Positions 16,809 to 25,665 of a DNA stretch of 36,057 nt are shown in pieces. The stretch spans positions 1 to 36,057 of IMG/VR virus record IMGVR_UViG_3300033407_000073. The stretch is one strand, 5' to 3'. Origin of the DNA: a virus. Taxonomy: Duplodnaviria; Caudoviricetes. Below the pieces are notes generated by a model. The model saw nothing but the letters and a program-made list of their open reading frames with translations, ran no database searches and was not told the DNA's origin. The first letter of the stretch is position 1. Each line of letters starts with the position of its first letter. Both the position numbers and the translations under genes were made by a program.

Positions 16809-17030
16809 ATGGCTGGAATATCGCAACGAGAAATGGCCGACGTCATCTTCAGAACCAGAGGACCCGGCTACCCGATCCTCGAATTCATCGCAGACAAACG
16901 CGAAGAAACACCCCCGGCCTCCTGGAGAGACATCGCAGACCAGATCTCCGAAATCACCGACGGAGCCGTCGAGGTAGGCCGGGACACGATCCGCCGCTGG
17001 CACGAAGCAGCCCAAGAGGTAGCCGCGTGA
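16809..17030 (+). CDS. Cro-like HTH protein
   Basis: SWRDIADQISEITDGAVEVGRDTIRRW; first early gene. Confidence 0.75.
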   Translation: MAGISQREMADVIFRTRGPGYPILEFIADKREETPPASWRDIADQISEITDGAVEVGRDTIRRWHEAAQEVAA

Positions 17031-17350
17031 TGTTCCGGCTGCAATCCGAGTCCGATGACTTCATTGCCCGTCTCCGTGCTGGCGTCGAACACGACCTGGC
17101 AGATCCTCGGTCAACCCATCCGTCGACCCGTCTCCAGCAAGAACGCCTGTTAGCTCTCTGTACCCACGTTGAGAACATTCGTCGTCTGCTCCGCGAGGTG
17201 TACGGCGCATCCGAGGACGGAACCGGATCGCCTCTCCTGGCGTGGGGCTGGCGCGTCCTGCCCCCCAGCTACGGACTGGCGCTCGAACGTGACCGGGTTC
17301 GGTCACTGCGTGGGTCGTCGTCCGTCTTGGACTGGAAGGCCGCCGCGTGA
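17030..17350 (+). CDS. Hypothetical protein
   Basis: Coupled start after cro; GAGG RBS. Confidence 0.6.
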   Translation: MFRLQSESDDFIARLRAGVEHDLADPRSTHPSTRLQQERLLALCTHVENIRRLLREVYGASEDGTGSPLLAWGWRVLPPSYGLALERDRVRSLRGSSSVLDWKAAA

Positions 17351-17422
17351 GCTTCCTGTACCGCATCGACTTCATCGTCCGCCTGAATGGCGGGCTGACC
17401 GGCGTCTCACCCGGAGCCTCCC

Positions 17423-17740
17423 ATGGTTGATGTGAGAGTCCCCTGTCTGATCTGCACTGACGCGACCATCGATTCGACGGAGTTGACGTTGATCGCCAAT
17501 CAGGAGTCGATCGACTACTCGTTCGTTCATTGCGGGACCGAGACGAGAAGGTACGCGACCCGTGACATGGTGCAGGTTGCGTTGGCGTTGGGTGTGCGGA
17601 TCGTCCACGCCGAACCGCCCGTCCGCACCCACTGCTCGTGTGGCAGCCGCCTGTTCGACCTGGGTGGTCTGGTCGCATGCCGGAACTGTGACACTCCGAT
17701 GCCGGGGCTTCCCCCGTCGGACCGTCAGGTCGCCCGATGA
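17423..17740 (+). CDS. Cys-rich putative zinc-binding protein
   Basis: CLIC, HC, CSC, CRNC motifs; GGAG RBS. Confidence 0.65.
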   Translation: MVDVRVPCLICTDATIDSTELTLIANQESIDYSFVHCGTETRRYATRDMVQVALALGVRIVHAEPPVRTHCSCGSRLFDLGGLVACRNCDTPMPGLPPSDRQVAR

Positions 17741-17910
17741 GCGACATCGTACGTCACCATTTGGAGCAGGCGTGGCTGGCGTCTCTCGACGCCGATCCTC
17801 TCACATGGCATTTCGATCCGTTCGCACAGCTCATCTTCGAGATCGGCCAGAAGTTCGACGAGGTGGAACCGGATCGTCTGCCCCTCGCCGTCGCAAGAAG
17901 GATCGCATGA
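17737..17910 (+). CDS. Hypothetical protein (57 aa)
   Basis: ATGA overlaps at both ends; MSDIVRHHLEQAW... Confidence 0.6.
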   Translation: MSDIVRHHLEQAWLASLDADPLTWHFDPFAQLIFEIGQKFDEVEPDRLPLAVARRIA

Positions 17911-18059
17911 TCCGCACTGTCTGGCAGCAGACCGACATTCCCGGCGTGTGGGTGAATAGCGGCGTCGCCTTCGACTTCCCCCCAGCCGACTGGCGGATCG
18001 TCGTCCTCGTGTTCGCCGTCGTCGCGTTGGTCACGTTCTCGGGGCTGGTGTTCACATGA
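17907..18059 (+). CDS. Small membrane protein
   Basis: AAGG RBS; C-terminal hydrophobic helix. Confidence 0.6.
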   Translation: MIRTVWQQTDIPGVWVNSGVAFDFPPADWRIVVLVFAVVALVTFSGLVFT

Positions 18060-18130
18060 CCTGGGTGCTGATCTACCTGACTGTGGTGGTCGCCGTGATC
18101 CTCGTCGCCAACCACGGAGCCCACCGATGA
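18056..18130 (+). CDS. 24-aa membrane peptide
   Basis: ATGA overlaps at both ends; MTWVLIYLTVVVAVILVANHGAHR. Confidence 0.5.
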   Translation: MTWVLIYLTVVVAVILVANHGAHR

Positions 18131-18333
18131 ACCGTCTGCTCACTGACATGCAGATCGTCGGGCTCGTCATCGCTGTCTGCTGGCTCGTCTTCTACCTGGG
18201 TCCCGTGTTTCTGCAGGCGCTGCTCGATCCGTACGCCGACGACTTCGACGACATCGACGGACTGGCGGAACGTGACAGGAAGTTTCCCGACCGCCCGAAC
18301 CTCCCCCGGTCGGGAGGGGAGAGGCCGGGCTGA
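18127..18333 (+). CDS. Small membrane protein
   Basis: GGAG RBS; N-terminal hydrophobic helix. Confidence 0.6.
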   Translation: MNRLLTDMQIVGLVIAVCWLVFYLGPVFLQALLDPYADDFDDIDGLAERDRKFPDRPNLPRSGGERPG

Positions 18334-18442
18334 CCGGGTCCTGGACAGCCACGCCCTGGCCTCTCCCCAAGCACAACGAAAAACCAGCGGCATCGACCCC
18401 CGAGAGTGGACGCCGATGCCGCCGATACGGAAGGAACAATAC

Positions 18443-18646
18443 ATGCGATTCACTGTCTCTGAGAGCACTCCGAAGGGTGCCCCCTATCGGGTGGGCCGAG
18501 CCTATTCGGCGTCTGAGAACCGGATCGAAGTCTGCCCGGTTTGTGAACGGTCCGCCCATACGACCGTCGAGATGAAAGCGGACAAGGGTCGCCGGTTCGT
18601 GGACTGTCAAGGCGAGCCGATCGACCTGGCCGGAGTGCGGACGTGA
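18443..18646 (+). CDS. Hypothetical protein (CPVC)
   Basis: AAGGA RBS before ATG 18443. Confidence 0.55.
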   Translation: MRFTVSESTPKGAPYRVGRAYSASENRIEVCPVCERSAHTTVEMKADKGRRFVDCQGEPIDLAGVRT

Positions 18647-18975
18647 GCGGCCGCCCGACCCCTGAAGCCCAGGTCGACGGGGAGATCGCGGACCTGACCG
18701 CTGTCACATTCTCCGGCACCGCGTTGATTGACCGAGCGTTGCTCCGTGACGAACGGATCGCGTTCACTCTGATCGGCACGGTCAAGGCGATCAAACTGCA
18801 GATGAAGAACGGGGCGGTCGTCCGCACCCATTCGGTGGCTGTGGAGACGGTCGCCGAGCCCGGCGAGGAACTCATCGAGGATGTGACCGATCTGTTGCGG
18901 GCGGTGGAGGACCTGCGGGAGGGCCGCCGACCGTTGCCTCTCGATGAGGACGAAGAGGGCGGGGAGGACGCGTGA
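18643..18975 (+). CDS. Hypothetical acidic protein
   Basis: GTGA coupling; protein-like composition. Confidence 0.7.
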   Translation: MSGRPTPEAQVDGEIADLTAVTFSGTALIDRALLRDERIAFTLIGTVKAIKLQMKNGAVVRTHSVAVETVAEPGEELIEDVTDLLRAVEDLREGRRPLPLDEDEEGGEDA

Positions 18976-19250
18976 AACCGCAGACGGCGAAGGCCCTCGA
19001 TCTGGTGTCCCGCCGTGAGGGCGCCTGCATGGACTCGTTCCTGCATCATCGGATCGTCCGATATTCGGCGCGCATCCACGAGCTCCGCGGGGCCGGATAT
19101 CTGATCGGGGAGTCGCCGTGTGACCGCATCGACCATAGAGGCCATCCCAGTTACCGGCTGGTGGCTTCACCACCGGAAGACTTCCTTGACTTCGGTGCGG
19201 ACCTCGAAGCAGACGCCGCCCGCGAGCGTGCCATAGAGCGTGCCCTGTGA
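18972..19250 (+). CDS. Winged-HTH DNA-binding protein
   Basis: RYSARIHELRGAGYLI motif. Confidence 0.7.
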   Translation: MKPQTAKALDLVSRREGACMDSFLHHRIVRYSARIHELRGAGYLIGESPCDRIDHRGHPSYRLVASPPEDFLDFGADLEADAARERAIERAL

Positions 19251-19768
19251 CCACCGAACAACTGTTCGTACTGGTCCGCGACGCCTACTCGTCGGCCATG
19301 TGGGATGAGGACTTCCCCACCCTCGCGGACCTCGACGACATGACCCTCGAAGATCTGGACGGTCTTCTCGGCCAACTGCTGGTGCTCCGTCAGACAGTGG
19401 ACCGGTTGAAGGGCCAGACCGAGTCGGCGGTCGCCCGGCTCCTCGGAAACGGCGGCGCGGCCAGGGTCGGTGATGTCGTCTACCGGTACCGCCCGAAGAA
19501 CTCTCAGCGTGTAGTTGACCCTGACGGTCTGATCGGCTGGCTCGGCGACGACTGGCATCACGTCGTCCCTGTCACCCGATCCACCACGCTGCGACGGGGC
19601 GGACTGAAAGCGGTGTGTGAGCAGCGGGGCGTCGACGTGGCAACCGTCGAGGACACGTTCCTCGAATGGGAGACGGGCGACCCGACAGTAGAGCGGATCC
19701 CCGTCGACAAGGCGCCGAAGTTCCTCCAGGCACTCAACGACGGTGAGACGATGAGGAAGGTGTCCTGA
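19247..19768 (+). CDS. Hypothetical protein upstream of ERF
   Basis: Coupled ORF; N-terminal coiled-coil-like segment. Confidence 0.7.
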   Translation: MTTEQLFVLVRDAYSSAMWDEDFPTLADLDDMTLEDLDGLLGQLLVLRQTVDRLKGQTESAVARLLGNGGAARVGDVVYRYRPKNSQRVVDPDGLIGWLGDDWHHVVPVTRSTTLRRGGLKAVCEQRGVDVATVEDTFLEWETGDPTVERIPVDKAPKFLQALNDGETMRKVS

Positions 19769-20559
19769 TGGTCGATACGACGGTCGACACAACAACGAGC
19801 GACATCACGTGGAGCCTCGCCGGTCCGAATAGCGGGCGGGTGTGGGAGGCGATCGCCGCGGTGATGGCCGAATTGCCGGGCATCGAGAAGGCGTCCCGCA
19901 ACACACAGCAAGGCTTCGACTTCCGGAGCATCGACGACATCACGGCGCAGAGCCGCAAGCTGTTCGGGAAGCACGGCCTGGCGATCGCCCCGCGCGTCCA
20001 ACGAGTGGACTTTGAGCCAGTGAAGTCATCGAAGGGAACCGACGGATTCCGGGCTGTGGCCTACGTGGACTATCTGATCGGCCACTCCGAAGGCGGCGAA
20101 GTGGGAGCGTCGATGGTCGGTGAGGCGATCGACTACGGCGACAAGGCGACATCGAAAGCCGTCCAGATGGCGTTCAAATATCTTCTCACCGAACTCCTGC
20201 AGATCGGTTCGGGTGGGGATGACCCGGACGGCCAATCACCCGACGTATCCCGTCCACAACCTGTCGAAGCGATGGGACGCGGTGTACCGCTCTCCGAGCT
20301 CGAGATCGCGGAGCGGGCCACCAACAAGCTGAAAGGCGACATTCTCGAGATAGTCGGGGATAGGGAACGGGCAGTGGCAGCGTATCGGGATGCGGTGTCG
20401 TCGCTTGGCCTGGACCCGGACGAGCCGGTGCCCGGCGAAGAGCATGAGCGGGTGCTGGCCATCGTCCAGGCACTCGAAGAACCCGCCGGCGACGCTTCCG
20501 ATGTCGCTGGTCTTCCGCTTGATGATGCCGACGCTGCACCGTTCGAGGAGCCGCAATGA
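19768..20559 (+). CDS. erf: ERF family single-strand annealing protein
   Basis: N.QQGFDFRSIDD, GEAIDYGDKATSKA..MAFKY.L, DDPD. Confidence 0.88.
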   Translation: MVDTTVDTTTSDITWSLAGPNSGRVWEAIAAVMAELPGIEKASRNTQQGFDFRSIDDITAQSRKLFGKHGLAIAPRVQRVDFEPVKSSKGTDGFRAVAYVDYLIGHSEGGEVGASMVGEAIDYGDKATSKAVQMAFKYLLTELLQIGSGGDDPDGQSPDVSRPQPVEAMGRGVPLSELEIAERATNKLKGDILEIVGDRERAVAAYRDAVSSLGLDPDEPVPGEEHERVLAIVQALEEPAGDASDVAGLPLDDADAAPFEEPQ

Positions 20560-20744
20560 CCGAACGCAACACGGCGACCGGCGCTGTCTGGCTGGACCGG
20601 CTCACCTACCCGTACTGGGTTGCTTTGGAGTGGTGGTCGACTCTCCAGCTGGATCGGGTGCTCGGCATCACGGGCCCTTGGTGGACACGCCGCGCGAAGC
20701 GTGCGGCGTTCTGGGCTGACGTGGAGCTGGAGGGGCTGCTGTGA
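20556..20744 (+). CDS. Hypothetical Trp-rich protein
   Basis: GAGGAG RBS; coupled at both ends. Confidence 0.55.
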   Translation: MTERNTATGAVWLDRLTYPYWVALEWWSTLQLDRVLGITGPWWTRRAKRAAFWADVELEGLL

Positions 20745-21310
20745 TCGAGCCGCTCGACATTCTCGCCGACCACTATCAGACGACCGCCGAACAGATCCTC
20801 CACCGCTCTCATGCGAAACCGGAGACGACGGCCCGGCAGGTCCTCTGCTGGTTTCTGGTCCGTCACTGCCGCGCGTCCGCCCGGGCGGTGGCGTCGACTT
20901 TGGGCTGCGCCGAATCGACCGTTCGGTATTCGGTGGACCGAATCGACCGCCGTTTCAAATGGGAGCCGGACCTGCGGGCCGTCTGCAAACGGGTCGTTCT
21001 CGAAGCCGCCGACGGGTGCGGCCATCCGGAGCGGTTCGTTGCCCTGTCCGGGGCGGTGGCGTGTGAACGCTGCCAGGAGATCGCGCAAGGCTGGAAGGAC
21101 TGCCGGGTTACCGGCTGTCGGCATCTTGCCCCTCCGGACTTGAAAGTCTGCGCGGATCATCAGACGGCTTGGGTGCTCTGCGTCGACTGTGGCGGTCAGG
21201 GTGGCGGCGACTGTGAAGAGTTCGACTGTCACGGCCGCTACTGCGACCTGGGCGTGTCGGAATGCGACGTCTGCCACGGAGCCGCTGTCGTCCCGGTGCC
21301 AGCCGCATGA
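20741..21310 (+). CDS. DnaA C-terminal-like HTH domain fused to Cys-rich region
   Basis: ARQVLCWFL...AVASTLGCAESTVRYSVDRI resembles DnaA domain IV; many CxxC motifs follow. Confidence 0.6.
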   Translation: MIEPLDILADHYQTTAEQILHRSHAKPETTARQVLCWFLVRHCRASARAVASTLGCAESTVRYSVDRIDRRFKWEPDLRAVCKRVVLEAADGCGHPERFVALSGAVACERCQEIAQGWKDCRVTGCRHLAPPDLKVCADHQTAWVLCVDCGGQGGGDCEEFDCHGRYCDLGVSECDVCHGAAVVPVPAA

Positions 21311-21546
21311 CCGTCCCTGTCACCTACTGCCGTAGCCGAACCTGCGGTGCCCGCATCCAGTGGTACCGGTCGAACCGTGGCAAGCCGATACCCGTCAACG
21401 AGAAGCCGTCCCCGAATGGGAACATCCGGATCGACGCGGACTTGTTGGGGGAGCCGATGGCGGTGGTCGTGTCGGACGGGACCGGGGATCGTCTCGCCCA
21501 TTTCGTCACCTGCGTCGAAGCCGACAAGTGGCGAAAGCCGTCCTGA
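21307..21546 (+). CDS. Zinc-finger-like phage protein
   Basis: C...CGARIQW..S..GKPIPV...HFVTC. Confidence 0.7.
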   Translation: MTVPVTYCRSRTCGARIQWYRSNRGKPIPVNEKPSPNGNIRIDADLLGEPMAVVVSDGTGDRLAHFVTCVEADKWRKPS

Positions 21547-21994
21547 TGGACCTGTCGAAGGAAGCCCAGTTGGCCCGCGCTACCTCCCGGTCTCGTCGCA
21601 TCTGCCCTGACACGGGGAAGCCGCGGAAGGACTGCGCATGCTGGTCATGCCGTAACAGCCGGAACAGTCGGAAGGGGAAGGCGGGGCAGCGGCAGGCCCG
21701 CACTGCGTTGCGTCTCGCCCCTGAACGGTTCAAGAGCCGCGAGAAGCCAACGAGGAGTCGTGGCGAGCTCGGGTTCGGGTCGAAGTCAAGTCGGGCGCCC
21801 AGGTGCAGCCGATCGCCACTCGGTATGTGGCAGCACGTAACCAGTCGGACAGTCACCGCGCGATCGGTGATCTGCGTCCGTTTGTGATGGTCGCTGTCCC
21901 TGACGGGTCGGATGAGCTGCTGATCGTCGCCAGACGGGATTTGTACGCGGTGGTTGAGGCGCTCGTCGAAGAATGGGGAGGCGGTGTCGCGTGA
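21546..21994 (+). pseudogene. Frameshifted gene, possible PD-(D/E)xK resolvase-like nuclease
   Basis: RNSRKGK...RQAR in frame 0; ANEESW..RVEVKSG..RPFVMVAVPDG in the -1 frame; shift near 21725-21750. Confidence 0.55.
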
Positions 21995-22389
21995 CTTGGA
22001 AGACCGACTCTCGCAGTCTTCGCACGTTCGGCCCGTACATCGTGTATTCCGAACGGGACGGCGGCGACACGGCGCATCTGGTCGCCTTCCCTGACGGCCG
22101 TAAGGTTCGTGTGCTACCGGATGGCCGGAACAGTGGGCAGCGTCGATCTCGGGTCACGTCAGACGCTCTCGCAGCACTCCAGCAGCCACCTCACATAGCA
22201 GCGGACGCCGCCTTGTACTTCTTCGTCGGTCTGATCGTGGTGGCTGGGCTCTCCTACGAGCTGGTCCTCCCTGAAGTGACGATCGAGGAATGGCTGGTCG
22301 AGTGGCTTGAAGCGGGGGGATCCGCAACCCAGTTGCTCATGGACTTGGGCGCTGATGGGTGGGCCATCGTCCGCAAGGGAGAAGCATGA
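21991..22389 (+). CDS. Hypothetical protein
   Basis: GGAGG RBS, GTGA coupling. Confidence 0.6.
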   Translation: MTWKTDSRSLRTFGPYIVYSERDGGDTAHLVAFPDGRKVRVLPDGRNSGQRRSRVTSDALAALQQPPHIAADAALYFFVGLIVVAGLSYELVLPEVTIEEWLVEWLEAGGSATQLLMDLGADGWAIVRKGEA

Positions 22390-22997
22390 ACGTCCGGTTC
22401 CGCCCGCTCGGCCACTGGCCGCACGCCGACACTCGGCCCCGTCGCTCCCGATGGACGTTCACGGCGTCATGGTCCGACACGCTGAGACTGCTCGAACGGG
22501 AACTCGACCATCTCGACGCCGGCAACATCGTTATCCAGGCCGACTTCGCTGAAGACGATATCCGGCTCGACGGGTTCCCTCGCGCGAGCGCCCGCCAGCC
22601 GTCCCATCCGGGCATCGTCGTCTCATTCGAATCCGGGTACGGGCCGTTGCAGTACGCCACCGACGCCCACGAATTCTGGCAGCACAACCTCCGCGGGATC
22701 GCCCTGGGCCTCCAGGCGTTGCGAGCGGTGGACCGGTACGGGATCACCCGGTCGGGTGAGCAGTACAAGGGATGGAACGCGCTGCCGATGTCGACGGGCG
22801 GACCCACCACTGTCGAGCAGGCGGCGACCATCATCGCCAGCTACTCGCCGGCCCATCCGGAGGATGTCATCCGCGATGACGTGATACGCCGCTCCGCGAT
22901 CCGGGAGGCGCTGCGACAGTCGCATCCTGACCATGGCGGGAACAGCTCTGCCTTTGATCTGGTGCAACGTGCCCGTCGGATCTTGGAGGCGTCCTGA
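22386..22997 (+). CDS. Phage protein with C-terminal DnaJ-like HPD motif
   Basis: IRLDGFPR, NLRGIALGLQALRAVDRYG..GEQY.G, HPDHGG. Confidence 0.85.
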   Translation: MNVRFRPLGHWPHADTRPRRSRWTFTASWSDTLRLLERELDHLDAGNIVIQADFAEDDIRLDGFPRASARQPSHPGIVVSFESGYGPLQYATDAHEFWQHNLRGIALGLQALRAVDRYGITRSGEQYKGWNALPMSTGGPTTVEQAATIIASYSPAHPEDVIRDDVIRRSAIREALRQSHPDHGGNSSAFDLVQRARRILEAS

Positions 22998-23731
22998 TGG
23001 TGTGGGCGAAGTTCGACGACGAGACGCACACGAACCGGAAGCTCGCCAGGTTGTCCGACGCGGCGTTCCGTCTGTGGTCCCATTCGATCACGTTCTCAGC
23101 GAAGCACGGAACCGACGGGATGATCTCCGAGGCGGATGTACCGCTGGTGTGGCCGTCCGCGTCACCGTCGAAACGGGCGAAGGCCGTCGCTGAGCTCGTG
23201 GAGAACGGGAGTTGGGACCGGAAGCCGGGCGGCTGGGAGATCCACGACTTCCTCGACTATCAGCCGACCGCCCAGGAAGCGGCATCGATGCGCGAGGACC
23301 GGTCCGATTCCGGGTCGTTGGGGGCGCACCGTCGGTGGCATGAGTCCCGCGGCGTAACCAAACCTGGCTGCCCCTATTGCACGAGCCATAGCAAACGCCA
23401 TAACGACCGTGATGGGGGGCAGATAGCCGTACCCGGTCCCGTACCCGAACCCGAAGACGCGGGTTCCTCTGATCTTGTTGAGAACGGCATAGGGGGGGTC
23501 CGGGGGGGCGACGCCGATTTCAACCGGACCCTCCGAACTGTCGCGGAGGAACACGCCGCGATCCGCCAGGCGGAGGGTTACAAGATCCGGGACCTCGAAC
23601 CGTTCGTCCGCGATCTCATGAAGTCCCCCGAGGTGCGGAATGAGGCGATGAAACGAACCCGGGCACCGGCGAACGTCCGGGGGCTGTTGGACCGGATCGG
23701 CAAGCCCACCGACGAAGCGAGGGAAGCGTGA
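22997..23731 (+). CDS. Putative replication initiator protein
   Basis: W.KFDD..H.N.K..LSDAAFRLW...TDG...ELV..G.W...GWEIHDFLDYQP; low-complexity linker. Confidence 0.7.
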   Translation: MVWAKFDDETHTNRKLARLSDAAFRLWSHSITFSAKHGTDGMISEADVPLVWPSASPSKRAKAVAELVENGSWDRKPGGWEIHDFLDYQPTAQEAASMREDRSDSGSLGAHRRWHESRGVTKPGCPYCTSHSKRHNDRDGGQIAVPGPVPEPEDAGSSDLVENGIGGVRGGDADFNRTLRTVAEEHAAIRQAEGYKIRDLEPFVRDLMKSPEVRNEAMKRTRAPANVRGLLDRIGKPTDEAREA

Positions 23732-24078
23732 GCACCGAGTCGAACCGCAAAACGAAAGACCGGCAACGCCGTGCCAAGCTCCGAGCACGACTCGAAGCGG
23801 AAGGCGTCGACCCGCAGACCATCGAGCAGGTCCTTGCGACGAAGCGAGAAGACGACCGGCTCCGACGGCTTGGTGTGGCCCCTGCGCCGACCCGCGAGGA
23901 GATCCTGGCGAACACCGACGACGCTCTCTGGCCCGACGACACCGGCTACAGGCCGTCTACGCCCGATCCGCTGCTGCATGGTGCTGGCCGGGTCAACGGG
24001 ATCGCCGCGAAGGTGGTCCGCCGTCGGGAGACGATCACACGCTGGCATTACGACCGGATGATCGGAGGCGACCTGTGA
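23728..24078 (+). CDS. Hypothetical basic protein
   Basis: Coupled ORF. Confidence 0.6.
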   Translation: MSTESNRKTKDRQRRAKLRARLEAEGVDPQTIEQVLATKREDDRLRRLGVAPAPTREEILANTDDALWPDDTGYRPSTPDPLLHGAGRVNGIAAKVVRRRETITRWHYDRMIGGDL

Positions 24079-24737
24079 GCGTCTGCGTGGCGAAGGATTG
24101 CCGACGCCCCACCTGGGACCCGTCGGACAACCCGAAATCGAAGTCGAAGCATTGCATCGACCACCACCCTCACGGACTCTCCGGACCGTCCCTGGCGCAG
24201 CAGTTGCAGAAAGCCCGCGACGACAACGCGGACCTCGCAGCTGAACTCCGTGCTACTCGGGCGGTGGTCGTCGCCGAACGGATGGAGCCGGACACTCCCG
24301 GCCGCCCCAGGTCACCGGACTTCGAACGGCAGGTCCAGATCGCGCGGGCGCTGCTCGGCGCACAGGACGCGGAGAAGGCTCTCACCGGAGCTGCGGTGGG
24401 GGGGACGGATGGGCGCCCGACTGTGCGCCGCCGGAACGATTACCCGCAGCCGGGTTCGGCCACCGCGGGGGCACGCCGCGCGGCGAAGGACCTGCGCCGG
24501 GATTTGGATCGGGCGGTGCAAGCCTTCGAAGCGGCGAAACAGCGGGAATGGAGACGCCCTGTCGAGGACGATCAGCCTCCGAAACTGAAATGCGGGATCC
24601 GCGGCTGCTCCGCGCGTGACGTGGAGGTGCCGGCGTGGCGGTTCGTTCGGGGCGGCCGCCGGATCACGAAAACCCATTGTGAGGCGTGCGGTACCCGGTT
24701 GAAGGGTGCCGTGTCAGACGAGGAGGAGTCGGCGTGA
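24075..24737 (+). CDS. Hypothetical Cys-motif protein
   Basis: N- and C-terminal Cys clusters; coupled. Confidence 0.65.
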   Translation: MSVCVAKDCRRPTWDPSDNPKSKSKHCIDHHPHGLSGPSLAQQLQKARDDNADLAAELRATRAVVVAERMEPDTPGRPRSPDFERQVQIARALLGAQDAEKALTGAAVGGTDGRPTVRRRNDYPQPGSATAGARRAAKDLRRDLDRAVQAFEAAKQREWRRPVEDDQPPKLKCGIRGCSARDVEVPAWRFVRGGRRITKTHCEACGTRLKGAVSDEEESA

Positions 24738-25150
24738 TTGACCTGGACCGACTGAGAGAAGCGAAGGCGTACTTCGACGAGGAGTGGGCTGGCCGTCTGT
24801 GGAGTGCGGGGCAGGCGTTCGAATCCCGTCCGGTGGCAGCCGCTGCGATGCAGGCCGTGCTGGACGCTCCTCGAACGTGGCGTTGCTTCGTCGCTGAACT
24901 GAATCCGAACCATCCGATCCCCGACGCGAACGTTGAGGGTCTCCCCGAGGAGTGCCGGTACGCCCGCGGCCATTCTTCTCGCTGCGGGTGGGTTGTGTTG
25001 GTTCCTGTAGAGGGTGGGCCCACGGACGCTCTGGTAGAGCCGACAGATCGAGAGGTCATGGCATCGGGGAAGTATCCGCGGAAGTCTGACCGGTTTGGCC
25101 CTTGCACCTGCCATCGCTGTGTTCCTGTAGAGGGTGAGGGGAAGAGATGA
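24734..25150 (+). CDS. Hypothetical protein
   Basis: AGGAGGAG RBS before GTG 24734. Confidence 0.6.
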   Translation: MIDLDRLREAKAYFDEEWAGRLWSAGQAFESRPVAAAAMQAVLDAPRTWRCFVAELNPNHPIPDANVEGLPEECRYARGHSSRCGWVVLVPVEGGPTDALVEPTDREVMASGKYPRKSDRFGPCTCHRCVPVEGEGKR

Positions 25151-25470
25151 CCGCTCGACCGGAATGGTGCCAAGACCTCGACTGCACGCCCGACGCCCGC
25201 ACCCAGGACAAACGTGACGGCGGCTCCGGGTTCTGCTGCGGCCGGACTGCGGACCTGATGATCTCGGAACGTCAGGGTATCCGCCATGAGAACGACGGTC
25301 ATTTCTGTATCCGTTCGTCGCGGGGTGTGGTGATGCTCGAAATCTGTGAGGAGGACCTACAGGTGATCGCCAGGAACGCGCTGAGAGGACTGGTCGCGCG
25401 TGGGACGCAGGTGTTTCCAGCTCGCTGGTACACGGGACTTCCAGAGTGGGTAGAGGGTGAGGGGATCTAG
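25147..25470 (+). CDS. Hypothetical Cys-rich protein
   Basis: Bounded by boundary repeats; ends VEGEGI. Confidence 0.65.
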   Translation: MTARPEWCQDLDCTPDARTQDKRDGGSGFCCGRTADLMISERQGIRHENDGHFCIRSSRGVVMLEICEEDLQVIARNALRGLVARGTQVFPARWYTGLPEWVEGEGI

Positions 25471-25665
25471 ATGCTTCATGTTGAGATCGTGTGGGGCTCG
25501 TTCGCTCGGCTGGATATCCCAACGGCTCGGGTCATAGACGATGCGGGTAAGACTCATGCGTCATGTCGTCACCAACACCGAACCGCCGAAGCGGCCTATG
25601 CCTGCGGGCTGTCTCAGAAGCGCAAAGTTCAAGAGCGGCTGGCTGTAGAGGGTGAGGGGATCTAG
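25471..25665 (+). CDS. Hypothetical protein (CRHQHRT..AA..C)
   Basis: Bounded by identical 24-bp repeats; ends VEGEGI. Confidence 0.65.
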   Translation: MLHVEIVWGSFARLDIPTARVIDDAGKTHASCRHQHRTAEAAYACGLSQKRKVQERLAVEGEGI

